Counted from the stretch's first letter, positions 11,209 through 21,297 are shown. The stretch is 64,000 nucleotides of DNA from an uncultured virus (IMG/VR IMGVR_UViG_2786546795_000004) (IMGVR_UViG_2786546795_000004); one strand, 5' to 3'. A program made the numbers and translations. The notes: a model not told the origin generated them from the sequence alone.

Positions 11209-11354
11209 CGCGTTAGTTAATTATTACGCCAAAGAGTCTCAGAACAAACACCCAAGCAGGGTGTCCGTCATATTGCATACTCACTCAACATCCGATAAAG
11301 GACAGTCAGCGCATATACCCATCGTACAGAAAGAACAGAAAACGCTTAGATTCA

Positions 11355-11660
11355 TTAAACATCAACTCCGTCAGTAAACCCAGTTTGGGTCTTTAGATTA
11401 ATATAACATTGTTTTAGTAGGTTGTGTTGGTCTGCCTCATCTGTTACATCAAGAGAAAATTGATAATTAAACCCACTTACAGGTGATTTACCAGCGGTAT
11501 ATTTTGAGGCATCCACATAAACTAAACCACTATAGGTTACTGTAAAGGACTTAGTACCATCTTCTGCTACTTCTTTATTCATTGTAAACTCTCGTATTAC
11601 TGTGTGTGCAGTATCAAATGATACCCCAATTCCTGTATCAAGACTAATTCTGAGAGCCAT
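11355..11660 (-). CDS. Hypothetical protein (possible virion accessory)
   Basis: 101 aa ORF in the head operon with GGGCGAG upstream. Confidence 0.6.
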   Translation of the reverse strand: MALRISLDTGIGVSFDTAHTVIREFTMNKEVAEDGTKSFTVTYSGLVYVDASKYTAGKSPVSGFNYQFSLDVTDEADQHNLLKQCYINLKTQTGFTDGVDV

Positions 11661-11662
11661 AA

Positions 11663-12067
11663 TTACTCGCCCTTACCCTTTGTAACCTTAAACGCTTCCA
11701 TATCTAGGCTGTGTTGTTTTTGCATTTTTTCCATCTCTAAGTCATGCTTTAGTTTATATTCCTCAAGCATCCTAGTATGCGTATCAACTGCTTCTGTAGA
11801 AGCAACATCAGCACTTAGTCTATCGGGCAATACTGCGATTTTAGCGCTTTCTTTGCCCTTAAACAAATCTAAGACGCTGGTAATAATAAGAAGTGCAGGA
11901 CCTCCTAATAGACCTATAACTGTAAGTTGTGAGTCGGATATTTCCCTTTGCTCAACGATACTAAAATAAGATGCGGTGGCTGCTATAACTACCCAAGCCA
12001 TAACAACACCCATACCGAAGGTAAGCATCAAAGTTTCGTTTGGGCTACCCATTTTCATTCTACTCAT
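11663..12067 (-). CDS. Two-TM membrane protein with C-terminal coiled coil (holin-like candidate)
   Basis: Two hydrophobic helices and a charged tail. Start moved to ATG 12067, about 30 nt after a TTGATAAA box. Confidence 0.5.
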   Translation of the reverse strand: MSRMKMGSPNETLMLTFGMGVVMAWVVIAATASYFSIVEQREISDSQLTVIGLLGGPALLIITSVLDLFKGKESAKIAVLPDRLSADVASTEAVDTHTRMLEEYKLKHDLEMEKMQKQHSLDMEAFKVTKGKGE

Positions 12068-12168
12068 AGACTTATCAGCAGGGGCGTGATTTATCAACCT
12101 TTCAATGTGCATTAGAATAGAAAATACTACTAGAAGGCAAAAAAAGATGATAAATAAGTCTTGATAGT

Positions 12169-13560
12169 TCATTCGTTGACCCCCTCTGCACCGGGCTGTG
12201 AGTTTTCTCTTGGTAGTTCTCCGGTGTTGCTGCTTTGGGAAATCCTTTCTTCGCCTTCCTTCCCTATAGTTGGTAGGTTTAGTAAGTCAAGAGTTTGGTT
12301 AAGTGTTAAGACACCAGCGTTGTAGCCCATAGTAGCGCGTTGCATCACATTTAATGGTGTTTCGCTATCCATAGCCTCAAACTTGATTGTTGGTAAGTCT
12401 TGCTTTCGATATTCGATACCGAGAAGGTCAAGATGAGTCATAAACATCTTAGTAGCAGACTCACCGAGAATACGGTGCATTCTTGAAATTGCCTGTACGG
12501 CCCATAGGTTAGCATTGTATGTTGCGGCGAAGGTTGAGCCTCGCTCTTGGCCCGCAGCAACTCTTGGGACTTGAAGAACAGCGGCAATATCGCCGTTGAT
12601 TGCATCTAGGAAGTCTGTATTGTTAGGAACGCTATTACCCACATCTACATGATGTAATTCTACATAATGAGGTAAAACTGGGATTTGGTCGCCCCTTAGA
12701 CCCTCAAAGAGAGAGATTACCTCGTCCATAATATGTTGTAGTCTTTGGTTTTGCTCTGCTGGGTCTTGAATATGCTCTATAGCAGACTTGTCGATAGTGA
12801 TAAACTGTTTAGTCATAGAGTCTTCAAGACTAATACGATTGTTCATCGAGTTATACTTCATTCGTATAGGCTGTTTTAGTGAAGTAAACCTTGACGCACC
12901 CCACACACCGTAGGTTTTTCGGGATTTGTTGTCCGTAAACCAATTACTTCGGTAGTCTATTCGTATGTGCATGATTTCACGCGCAGGTATTGCGCGCTCG
13001 TATGAAGTAGCCTCGCGCACCATGTATGTGACGGGCTTGATAATAGGGTTATCTTCATCGGCTACGAAATAAGAAGCAAGGCCACCACGCTCATCGACAA
13101 TGGTTATCTGCTTTACTGGTAGGTTTTGTATGTTAGTTACGCCAACACCCTCTTTACCTACTATTTTATTGATATCGTTACCGTAAACCATTAGATTACG
13201 CATAGCATTAATCATAATATCGTCAAAATCAATGGTTTCCTCAACTAATTCTCTTATTGCGTTTCGTATAGCCGCGTTTTTACCGCGTGAGTAGTTAATA
13301 CTGTAATTGTTAGCAGTAAGTGATACCGCACGAACAGCACCATTGAGTTCGGGGTCTAACTTAAGCATATTGTCGAATAGGTCAAACTCATTATCGAAAT
13401 TACTATCACTTCGCAAGTTCTCGGTGTTTCTCACCATATCCGGTATTCCGGCAACCGCTGAAAACGGTTCAGTCATCATCCCCATCCTTTCAATGATTGG
13501 GTTTTTCACTTCTTCTTTCGCTCTGGAACGAAATAAGTTCCATCGTCTCCTCTCCGCCAT
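12169..13560 (-). CDS. Portal protein
   Basis: About 463 aa; D.EL.GAV, MRNLMVYGN, I.HIR, YG..G.S, IAAVLQVP..AAG, GVLTLNQ..DLL.LP motifs typical of portals. Start at ATG 13560 (MAERRR), 29 nt after TTAAAAG. Confidence 0.8.
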   Translation of the reverse strand: MAERRRWNLFRSRAKEEVKNPIIERMGMMTEPFSAVAGIPDMVRNTENLRSDSNFDNEFDLFDNMLKLDPELNGAVRAVSLTANNYSINYSRGKNAAIRNAIRELVEETIDFDDIMINAMRNLMVYGNDINKIVGKEGVGVTNIQNLPVKQITIVDERGGLASYFVADEDNPIIKPVTYMVREATSYERAIPAREIMHIRIDYRSNWFTDNKSRKTYGVWGASRFTSLKQPIRMKYNSMNNRISLEDSMTKQFITIDKSAIEHIQDPAEQNQRLQHIMDEVISLFEGLRGDQIPVLPHYVELHHVDVGNSVPNNTDFLDAINGDIAAVLQVPRVAAGQERGSTFAATYNANLWAVQAISRMHRILGESATKMFMTHLDLLGIEYRKQDLPTIKFEAMDSETPLNVMQRATMGYNAGVLTLNQTLDLLNLPTIGKEGEERISQSSNTGELPRENSQPGAEGVNE

Positions 13561-13636
13561 GTTATAATGGATATAAGGTTGTCTTTTAACCATTGGGGTA
13601 TTTTTTTTATTATTTAGGCTTTTTTCTGAAAGAATT

Positions 13637-13810
13637 AAACGCTTTACTGCGGATTTGTTTGTTATTTCTTCAATTCTTTCTATAGTATAGAGAAGTTACC
13701 TACGGTAACTATAAGAGCAACTATAATAGTAATAGGTATAGACCGGCCTTTACCAAACATACTATAGAAGAAATTGAAATAATAAAATTATTGGTCGCAG
13801 TACGGCGTTT
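13637..13810. repeat. Large imperfect AT-rich inverted repeat (palindrome A)
   Basis: Left arm AAACGCTTTACTGCG...TTCAATTCTTTCTATAGTAT; right arm ATACTATAGAAGAAATTGAA...CGCAGTACGGCGTTT; central AGTTACC-TAC-GGTAACT. Confidence 0.85.
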
Positions 13811-13892
13811 TATTATTTTTGTAAATTATCAAAACAATGAAAAAATATCCTTTTTACCCAATAGTTATAACACAAAAGACTAAGGGCAAGGT

Positions 13893-15326
13893 ATGGCTAA
13901 TTATTCCGGTGGGACGGAACTAATAGAAAAGTTTGCACAAGACCGACACTTTACCTCAACAATGGATTTTGCTGAGTTTTTACACAGTATAGAACCCGCG
14001 CGTGGTGTTCATGCGTGGCGACAGGCCATTAACAGATGGGTAAAAAAGGGTAACACCTTCCGAGATTTTGATGTGGAAGATGTTTCTACAACTTCTTCAA
14101 GGGTTTACTATGATAATAATAACGATAATTATATTGTGATGTTAGATATTACTGATGGCCTAGTTGTTATTGATGGTGATAAACACCGTTCTATGAAGAA
14201 GGCTTATTCTGATATAGGCGGCGGACTTACCGTTGATGATATGTCGCGTCAGTTTGAAATGCCCTCTGCTATTATGAGTGAGTATATCAAGGTAAATAAG
14301 TGGAAGCATGGTATGCAACCGTTTACCGATGAAGAAGTTATTAATAATACTCTTGACGATATGGTAGACCAGTTCTTAGATATTCGTAAGATGGAGATTC
14401 TAAAGAGGGCAGAGAAGAAGAAGTGGAGACAGATAGAAAAGGATGCTGAACAATATCTTTTACTTAGAGAAAACCTAACTGACTCTTTCCTTGAGGCTCT
14501 GTCTGACCATAAATCTGCGCCTGTTAAAAGCAGAAATATGAAGATTGATAAACAATATGCTGTCGTTCTTTCTCCTACAGACCTACACTTTGGTAAATAT
14601 GGTTGGATTGATGAGGTAGGTTCTACCTATGATTTAGATGAGGCGCGTGAGCGCGTCTTGAATAAGACTGAGGAATTGTTAGCACGGCTTCCTAGTAAGC
14701 CCGATAAGTTCTTTGTTGGTATTGGCTCTGACTGGTTTCATGTAGATAACGATATCGGAACTACTACAAAGGGTACGGCACAAGATATGGCCGCTACCCC
14801 AGCACAAATACTTATGGAAGGATGCGACCTTGCGCGACAGCACATTGATTTGTTGCGAACTGTTAGCGATGTTGAACTTATCTTTATGGGTGGTAATCAC
14901 GACAGACACACAAGTATTATGTTAATGCTTTACTTGGAGGCGTATTACAATGATTGCGACGATGTAAATGTAATCGTAAGCCCCCATATCAGACAATATG
15001 TTACCTACGGAAAAAATCTCATCGGTTTTACACACGGCGATGGGAAAGTTATGAATAAACTATCAATGCTAATGGCCCACGAAGCGAGAGAGAAATGGGG
15101 TCAGACCACTAATCATCTGTGGTTTCATGGACATTTGCATCATCAACAGATGCGCGAGACGGCTGGGTGCTTAGTAGTTCAACTACCAAGCCTTGCTGGC
15201 GAAGATAGATACCATGCGCGTAACGGTTATACTATGAGCCGCGCCGGTCTATCAGCGTATATGATTGATAAGGACATGGGACTAATAGGGAGTTTGTTTG
15301 CCCCGGTGATGCACGATGGCGAGTAA
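13893..15326 (+). CDS. Calcineurin-like metallophosphoesterase with N-terminal extension
   Basis: DLHFG, GSDWFH, GNHD, HGD and GHLHH metal-binding motifs. Confidence 0.85.
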   Translation: MANYSGGTELIEKFAQDRHFTSTMDFAEFLHSIEPARGVHAWRQAINRWVKKGNTFRDFDVEDVSTTSSRVYYDNNNDNYIVMLDITDGLVVIDGDKHRSMKKAYSDIGGGLTVDDMSRQFEMPSAIMSEYIKVNKWKHGMQPFTDEEVINNTLDDMVDQFLDIRKMEILKRAEKKKWRQIEKDAEQYLLLRENLTDSFLEALSDHKSAPVKSRNMKIDKQYAVVLSPTDLHFGKYGWIDEVGSTYDLDEARERVLNKTEELLARLPSKPDKFFVGIGSDWFHVDNDIGTTTKGTAQDMAATPAQILMEGCDLARQHIDLLRTVSDVELIFMGGNHDRHTSIMLMLYLEAYYNDCDDVNVIVSPHIRQYVTYGKNLIGFTHGDGKVMNKLSMLMAHEAREKWGQTTNHLWFHGHLHHQQMRETAGCLVVQLPSLAGEDRYHARNGYTMSRAGLSAYMIDKDMGLIGSLFAPVMHDGE

Positions 15327-15441
15327 ATGGACTTCTGCTAAATGTAACTGGTGTGGCTGGGAAGCACCTCGTATGATGCTATCTAAGGCTGAATCGAGGG
15401 TTTGTCCTCATTGTAATAAGAAGGAGTTGCGTCCTTTATGA
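15316..15441 (+). CDS. Zn-finger microprotein (41 aa)
   Basis: MASKWTSAKCNWCGW...VCPHCNKKELRPL; ATGA overlap with terL. Confidence 0.65.
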   Translation: MASKWTSAKCNWCGWEAPRMMLSKAESRVCPHCNKKELRPL

Positions 15442-16943
15442 GTTTTAGGCAAGACTTATCTATGGAAAGGTCACGAACATCTGTTAGATATTTCTATGAG
15501 TGGCTAGGTTACACATGGGGCGGCCATATTGGTGAATGGATGGATATGTATGGGGACAGAAAAGGCTCAGAAGTTCATCGTGTTTGTATTATCGCCCCAA
15601 GAGGACATAGTAAATCTACTACTCTTAGGGTAAAACTACTTCATCAATGTTTGTTTGAGAAGTGGAACAACAATAGACCGTTTACTTGTTGGTTGATTTC
15701 TGCAAGTAAAGACACAGCAATTAGAAGGCTACAAGAGATACGCGACGATATGAAGCGTCATCCACAGTTATCTAAGTATCTTGACCCTAAGAAGGGTAAC
15801 AAGACAGAGATTCATTTTACCAACGGTGCTTGGATTATGGCTACATCTGTTGGTTCCGCTATTCGTGGTGAACATCCTGCGTGTGTAGCATTTGACGATG
15901 TGTTAGTGGATAGTGACGAAATGAATCCTCGCGTTCTGCAACAATGGTTTAGAAAGGCGATTACACCTATGCTTGACCCGAACTCATCTATTTATGTGGT
16001 TGGTACTCCTATGAGCATGACTGACCTTTATCATACTGAGATGCTTGAAAACGATACATGGAAAAAGGGTACTTGGAGTTCCGTAAAGAACTATGACGAA
16101 TGGAAAAGTAGTGAGGGTAAGATTAAAGCAGTTCCTCTTTGGCCCGAACACAGGAATATAAACTATCTGATGGAACAGAGAAAGGCTATTGGGGAGTTAG
16201 AGTTTGCACAGGAGTTCTTATGCAGAGTTGTCGATGACGATTCAGCGGTTTACCCGCAAACCCTCGTCCGTAAAAATCTTGACCTTGATACTATTATACA
16301 GCCGGAGAAGTTAGATAACAACAGATATGTGATTGGGTTTGACCCATCACACGGACTCGGACAGGATTATTCTGTTCTTGTTGTTTTAAGACAGGATGAT
16401 GACGGGTATGTTCACTTTGTAAATATGTGGAGGCGTAATGACTTCCCACCAGCAGAACAGACTGATGTTCTCATTGAATGGGCAAAGCGTTATGGCGCTG
16501 CAATTGCTGCTGAGGATGTAGGTTTTCAACAGATGTATAACACGCTTATTCAGCAGAAGGGCGCAGTTGTAGATTATCGTCCTAGTAAGGTGGGCAACAG
16601 AACCTTGAAGCAAGGCTTAATGAACAGGCTTAGGGTTTGGTTTGAGCGCGAAATGGTAGCATTCCCCTATGGTAACGATGAAACTAGAAGAATGGTTGAG
16701 ATTATTCTTGACGAACTTAAAACTCATGCGTGGCGTGACGGGTTAATCGTGGATTTAGGCAGACACAACGATACAGTTATGGCCCTTGCACACGCTATAG
16801 ACCAATTCACATACAGAATCCCCGATATGCCTGTAATTATGAAAACTATGAAGGGTGGCGAATGGATGGGAGGGGCAACTAAAGGTTTGGTTCGTCCTAA
16901 GTCCGGTGTCGGCGGAAAGGTAATTAACAGGGGTGGCTTCTAA
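15438..16943 (+). CDS. terL: Terminase large subunit
   Basis: Walker A APRGHSKS, Walker B VAFDD, coupling motif VGTP, nuclease IGFDPS and HNDTVMALA. Confidence 0.95.
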   Translation: MSFRQDLSMERSRTSVRYFYEWLGYTWGGHIGEWMDMYGDRKGSEVHRVCIIAPRGHSKSTTLRVKLLHQCLFEKWNNNRPFTCWLISASKDTAIRRLQEIRDDMKRHPQLSKYLDPKKGNKTEIHFTNGAWIMATSVGSAIRGEHPACVAFDDVLVDSDEMNPRVLQQWFRKAITPMLDPNSSIYVVGTPMSMTDLYHTEMLENDTWKKGTWSSVKNYDEWKSSEGKIKAVPLWPEHRNINYLMEQRKAIGELEFAQEFLCRVVDDDSAVYPQTLVRKNLDLDTIIQPEKLDNNRYVIGFDPSHGLGQDYSVLVVLRQDDDGYVHFVNMWRRNDFPPAEQTDVLIEWAKRYGAAIAAEDVGFQQMYNTLIQQKGAVVDYRPSKVGNRTLKQGLMNRLRVWFEREMVAFPYGNDETRRMVEIILDELKTHAWRDGLIVDLGRHNDTVMALAHAIDQFTYRIPDMPVIMKTMKGGEWMGGATKGLVRPKSGVGGKVINRGGF

Positions 16944-17197
16944 TGGCTGGTCCTTTACCACGCAAGAAGATGTATAAGCATCTTGTGAGGCAGTTATTGG
17001 CCGATGGCTTCTTTGATAATTGGCGAGCAACGAACGAGATATGCTCTGCTGTGAATAAAGATGTACCCCATAGGTGGACTCCTCTATATCCCTCAAGCGT
17101 ATTTAGATATGTGCGCGAGTTACCACTTGAAGAACGGTACATTTGGAACTATAGATTTAATTCTATGATACGCGAGTGGAAAATATCTGAAAAATAA
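16943..17197 (+). CDS. Small basic protein (possible wHTH)
   Basis: 84 aa, TAATG overlap with terL. Confidence 0.55.
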   Translation: MAGPLPRKKMYKHLVRQLLADGFFDNWRATNEICSAVNKDVPHRWTPLYPSSVFRYVRELPLEERYIWNYRFNSMIREWKISEK

Positions 17198-17420
17198 TTT
17201 TCAAAAAAAATGTTAAAAATCGAGTGAGGTGCTGGGCTTCCACCATCGCCGTATATCGCTGAGTTTTGGCGAAAATCAAAAACTAAACCGTCGGGTTAGA
17301 ATCCAAATCCCAATTCTAGGGGGTATGCGTTCAATCCTAGCCACTCTTTGAGTGAATAGGTTGTATGAGTAGGGTACGGTTTTTCTTGGCCCTGTGTGAG
17401 CCTCTAGGGGTAGAGAATGA

Positions 17421-17434
17421 GGGGCCGAAGCCCC
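17421..17434 (-). terminator. GGGGC-TTCG-GCCCC hairpin (cUUCGg tetraloop)
   Basis: Directly downstream of the 17445..18350 stop codon; the same hairpin recurs at 20160 and 21379. Confidence 0.7.
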
Positions 17435-17444
17435 CCACTCAATT

Positions 17445-18350
17445 TCATATCCCCTCCGGTGGTATCTCGGAGATTACCACAACTCCACCGGACTCCTCAA
17501 GGGCGTCTGTGACGTCTTGAAGTTCTGTAGGTCCTCGGCGTGGGTCGATACCCACAGGGGTTCTGCCTAGTGCGGAGTTGACTAGGCCAAAGCGAAGTTC
17601 TGAGTCCTTCACACATAGCCCCCAGCAAGTCTTGAAGTCGCCTCTAGGGCAGTCGGGGCAAGTGGTCGCATATCTGTATGTGACCGGCTGAGTTGGGTTG
17701 TTACCCTGTCCGCTTCTCTTGCCTACTGTTCTCCATCCTACAACCTCAAGCCTACCCCATCGAACCGAGATGATAGGGACCTTACGACCTAGTCCAGCAT
17801 CATACTTGTTGCCGTAGTCCTTGCCTATTGAACCGACTTGTACGAACTCGCCGGTCGGATATCCTGCACAGTTACCCTTTCGGACTCCTGTACCAGTTCT
17901 CCTGCTACCTGTGCCGGTTTTCTCTACTGGGTGTATGAAGCAACCCTCGACACCACAACCGCAGACCTCTCTTACTCCTGTAAGCAGTTCAACAGTTGTT
18001 ATTCTGTTCTTGTAAGCATATTCAAGCATTGGGTCAACAACTTGGCCGGTGTGGTCAACTGCTGAGGTGCTGAGGACATAAGTTCCATTGAGGACCTTTG
18101 CCCTGTCTGCTGGGTTCTTCTCGGCCTTGTGAAACTCTAAGCCGTGAACATATGGTAAGGTGATGTTCTTCAATCCGTGTCTGATTGCACCGTCTAGGGT
18201 GCTGTACGGTTCACCGTTTGCCTTTGTTATACTGCCTTCTCCGAGAGACAGGGCTAAGTTAGCCAACAGGTTGAAGTTTTCAACCTCCTTCAATGTCCCC
18301 ATCAATGGGGGGACTTCCTCCTTCTGAATTAGCGGTGTGTGCTTCTCCAT
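17445..18350 (-). CDS. Hypothetical protein with Cys/His clusters
   Basis: 301 aa; CGCGVEGCFIH and CPDCP..CWGLC; GTTCATATA box 31 nt upstream; own terminator. Confidence 0.75.
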   Translation of the reverse strand: MEKHTPLIQKEEVPPLMGTLKEVENFNLLANLALSLGEGSITKANGEPYSTLDGAIRHGLKNITLPYVHGLEFHKAEKNPADRAKVLNGTYVLSTSAVDHTGQVVDPMLEYAYKNRITTVELLTGVREVCGCGVEGCFIHPVEKTGTGSRRTGTGVRKGNCAGYPTGEFVQVGSIGKDYGNKYDAGLGRKVPIISVRWGRLEVVGWRTVGKRSGQGNNPTQPVTYRYATTCPDCPRGDFKTCWGLCVKDSELRFGLVNSALGRTPVGIDPRRGPTELQDVTDALEESGGVVVISEIPPEGI

Positions 18351-18612
18351 ATCCCCACCGAGTCGATGGGTACTATATGAACTAGAGGTAGTTTAGGTAT
18401 GGATTAGGGCCGAATTAGGGACTTTCTCCCAGCACCAGCGCATTATTAATTTCTGAGCAGGATTTATTAATTTACTACATAACATAACTACATAACATAA
18501 CTACATAACATCCGTAAAAAAAGAAAAACTACATAACATTCAAAAATCCAAAAAACTACATAACATAGAGTTCAAAAAAACTACATAATATGAAGTTCAA
18601 AAAACTACATAA

Positions 18613-18948
18613 CTATTCGGGGACCCACACATCTATGGGCTGTGGGTTAGGGTTTAGTATTCTTGCCTCGGTAATTAGTAACTCCCTCCCCTCTCTTAAC
18701 CTCGTCCTATGAGGTTCTGTATACTTGTCGGTTTCTGCTAGGTATTCTTCCACCGGCATTATTCGCCCGTTTCTTTCTATATGGTCGATACTCTTTAGGT
18801 CATGTCTTAACAATAGGCCAAGTTCTTCTTCCCGCAGGGGTAGCATATACATATCATACTCAGCCTGTAGTATTTCCTCATCGCTATCAATTTCGACAAC
18901 GAAGGTTCGGGTTATCTCAAGGGTCTTTTCAACTACATAACTAACCAT
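18613..18948 (-). CDS. Hypothetical early-region protein (acidic)
   Basis: Start MVSYVVEK at 18948 (GGGGTGA SD, TGATG overlap with the upstream micro-ORF). Confidence 0.7.
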   Translation of the reverse strand: MVSYVVEKTLEITRTFVVEIDSDEEILQAEYDMYMLPLREEELGLLLRHDLKSIDHIERNGRIMPVEEYLAETDKYTEPHRTRLREGRELLITEARILNPNPQPIDVWVPE

Positions 18949-19058
18949 CAGTTCACCCCCAAGCAACCGCACACGATAAGCACGCCGTCCGTGCCTTCGC
19001 TACCGTCATAGAAGTCTATCATCATTAGGGCATCTGTAGGTGTGCATCTGCAAGCCAT
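18948..19058 (-). CDS. Cys-containing microprotein (36 aa)
   Basis: MACRCTPTDALMMIDFYDGSEGTDGVLIVCGCLGVN; ATG 29 nt after the cassette TATA box (GGGTTCAAG). Confidence 0.6.
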   Translation of the reverse strand: MACRCTPTDALMMIDFYDGSEGTDGVLIVCGCLGVN

Positions 19059-19188
19059 GATACGGCTAACAGGCCCCCACACTTGAACCCTTTGATAACT
19101 ACATAATAATTGTTATGTAGTCGAACTTAATATGGGCTAGGTCATCAGACCCAACACATATTCAAGAGCCTCGACCCATCCCTTAGAT

Positions 19189-19545
19189 TCATCTCCTGTT
19201 TGTGAACCTTCGGTGCTTTCGTGCCTTTGGTCCGGTTGCTCTCTTTGGTATCGCCCATGCCATACTCTTTGTATCGAACTGGGTCTTGCTTATCTCCTGC
19301 GTGTCCCTTCGTAGGAAGGCGGTTATCATTGTACCTCCTCTCACTATTGTGATGACTAGGTTCCCGTTTGACTCGACCCCTGCGTTATCTGTGAGTCGGT
19401 GTCCCTTTAGTTCGTGGGCTACAGTAGCGAGGGATAGGGTGTCTCTCCTCTCCCATGCTACCGCAGTCCTTGCCTCAATCAAGGCTTTCTCATCGTCTGT
19501 TAGTCTTGCTTCCATCATGTCGTAGGCGTGTTCGCATATCTCCAT
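19189..19545 (-). CDS. Hypothetical protein (RelE-like-fold candidate)
   Basis: 118 aa; HA...M..RL at the N-terminus and LVITIVR..TMITAF near the end recall RelE/ParE-like folds (weak); promoter box 30 nt upstream. Confidence 0.6.
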   Translation of the reverse strand: MEICEHAYDMMEARLTDDEKALIEARTAVAWERRDTLSLATVAHELKGHRLTDNAGVESNGNLVITIVRGGTMITAFLRRDTQEISKTQFDTKSMAWAIPKRATGPKARKHRRFTNRR

Positions 19546-19777
19546 ATTATCCTCACATTGGGCATCACACTTGAACCCTTTGTTAACTACATAACATTAA
19601 CTACATAACATTTTGATAACTACATAACATGATAACTACATAACATGAAAATCTAAAACTACATAACAAATCCAAAATCCAAAACTACATAATAATTCCA
19701 AAACTACATAATATGTGGGCTTCCCCCGCCCCATTTAGAGGCGGGAGAAGTTGCGTGTTTCCGTCTCACCTACTCGC

Positions 19778-19930
19778 TTACGCGGTGGTGATATCAATTT
19801 CATGTATATCGGCCATGCCGATTCCGTCAATGTTGCTCTCGATGAGGGTGCGTGCGCTATCCTCTATCAAGTCATCAGCATCAACTTCAACGGTCATGTG
19901 GACGACTACATCGTATGTTACTGTGGTCAT
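19778..19930 (-). CDS. Acidic microprotein (50 aa)
   Basis: MTTVTYDVVVHMTVEVDADDLIEDSARTLIESNIDGIGMADIHEIDITTA; GGAGGT SD; hairpin downstream at 19720-19750. Confidence 0.7.
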   Translation of the reverse strand: MTTVTYDVVVHMTVEVDADDLIEDSARTLIESNIDGIGMADIHEIDITTA

Positions 19931-20159
19931 GTGTGTTACCTCCAATTGCTGAGAGGAGGGGTCCCCTCTTAAGGGGTGCTATAACTACATAACATTTGTT
20001 ATGTAGTTGTGGGTTTAACTACATAACATTTCATAACTACATAACATGAAAATGGGAAAAAACTACATAACATCAAAAATCCAAAAACAAAACTACATAA
20101 CAAAATCCAAAAACTACATAAGATTTCAAAAACTACATAAGATTTTAACAACAAAGGAA

Positions 20160-20179
20160 GGGGAGGCCGAAGCCCCCCC
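20160..20179 (-). terminator. cUUCGg hairpin followed by a pyrimidine tract
   Basis: GGGGGGGCTTCGGCCTCCCC then TTCCTTTGTT on the minus strand, just after the 20192 stop. Confidence 0.7.
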
Positions 20180-20191
20180 AACTTTTTATGT

Positions 20192-20611
20192 TTATTCTTC
20201 TTCGGTGTGATTCCAGAGAACAGTCTCACCGTCTGCGTCAGTGTAGCCGATGAAGCCGTCGTCGCCCTTTACTCGTAGGTCATCGAAGTCAAACTTCATA
20301 CAGATATCTATTGAATTAGACCATGAGCCACCGTATACCGTGTATTCGTAGCGTGGCTCTCCCATCCATACTCTAGCATCCTCTATATGCCTCTCATGTT
20401 GGGTCATTATGTCCTTCAATTGTTTTAGCGTAATGCTAAGTTTGATATCTGCCCCGAACCATGAGCCATAGGTGTCTTTTACGCTCACCTTTATCTCCGG
20501 CTTGGTCATCTTCATTCTGTCGCTTGTTTCGTCGTAGTAGGCTTCGGTCATTTCTGACCGCATCCTGTCTACAAGTCGCATTAGGTTTGTAGTTCCAGTA
20601 ACTTCCTCCAT
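20192..20611 (-). CDS. Hypothetical early-region protein
   Basis: 139 aa; ATG 29 nt after GGGTTCATAAG; own terminator. Confidence 0.8.
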   Translation of the reverse strand: MEEVTGTTNLMRLVDRMRSEMTEAYYDETSDRMKMTKPEIKVSVKDTYGSWFGADIKLSITLKQLKDIMTQHERHIEDARVWMGEPRYEYTVYGGSWSNSIDICMKFDFDDLRVKGDDGFIGYTDADGETVLWNHTEEE

Positions 20612-20819
20612 GTTAGGGCCAGCGAAGCCCTGCTTATGAACCCTCGGTTAACTACATAACATTATGTAGCGGTATGGTTTTAGTGTGGTATGGAAAACTA
20701 CATAACATTATGGGGTTTCAAAAACTAAATGAAAAACTACATAACAAAAACTAAATGCAAAACTACATAAGATTGTGCCCCACCCCCCACATGACCGAGG
20801 GGGGCGAGGACTTTGGTTT

Positions 20820-20969
20820 TCAAATGTAGTCGCCACAGAAAGGACAAAAGGACCACTCGCACTCAACTGAGCCGATTGCACCTGTCTTAAGGATTTCATA
20901 GAAGTCCTCACAGTCCTCCCAATGTGGGTATATCTCTTTTAGGTCGTATGGGTCATTGTTGTCCGCCAT
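20820..20969 (-). CDS. Zn-finger microprotein (49 aa)
   Basis: MADNNDPYDLKEIYPHWEDC...WSFCPFCGDYI; ATG 28 nt after CCTTAAAAG; G6/C6 hairpin downstream. Confidence 0.7.
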   Translation of the reverse strand: MADNNDPYDLKEIYPHWEDCEDFYEILKTGAIGSVECEWSFCPFCGDYI

Positions 20970-21042
20970 GTTACTTCCAGTCGCCTCCCCCTTTTAAGGT
21001 TAACCATAACTACATAACATTATGTAGGTGTAATTTAAGGAA

Positions 21043-21297
21043 AAAAGAAAACCCCGCCACCTGCCCCTTTCCACAGGGGCTAGGCTTCGGAAGGGCTGAC
21101 TTGGATAGCCAGCGGGGGTGCTACCCCCATCCCGCCGATACGGGACTTACTTCCTACTTGGTAGAGTCAGCGTCAGACTCTCTCGGTGCTAATCCGCCCA
21201 AGCGCGGGGCCGCTCAGACACTACCCCGCTCGACCTATCAGCATTCGCAGAAGTTCAAGGTGCATTTTACAAGCGCGGGTGTGCCGCTGTTGCGACA
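21043..21297 (-). ncRNA. Candidate structured non-coding RNA (~250 nt)
   Basis: Full cassette promoter (21318-21354) with no ATG at the expected position; nested helices throughout; ends in a GC-rich stem plus TTTTCTTTTTT. Confidence 0.65.

Noticed and set aside
19999..20229. ORFs made of LCS/YVV repeats (also 20708..20911 and the extended starts at 21748 and 22982)
   Set aside because: They are translations of the TTATGTAGTT boxes in intergenic DNA.
21043..21297. tRNA, SRP RNA, RNase P or hammerhead identity for the structured RNA
   Set aside because: I found no cloverleaf with TTCGA, no SRP helix-8 motif, no GAGGAAAGUCC P4 strand and no CUGANGA/GAAA core.
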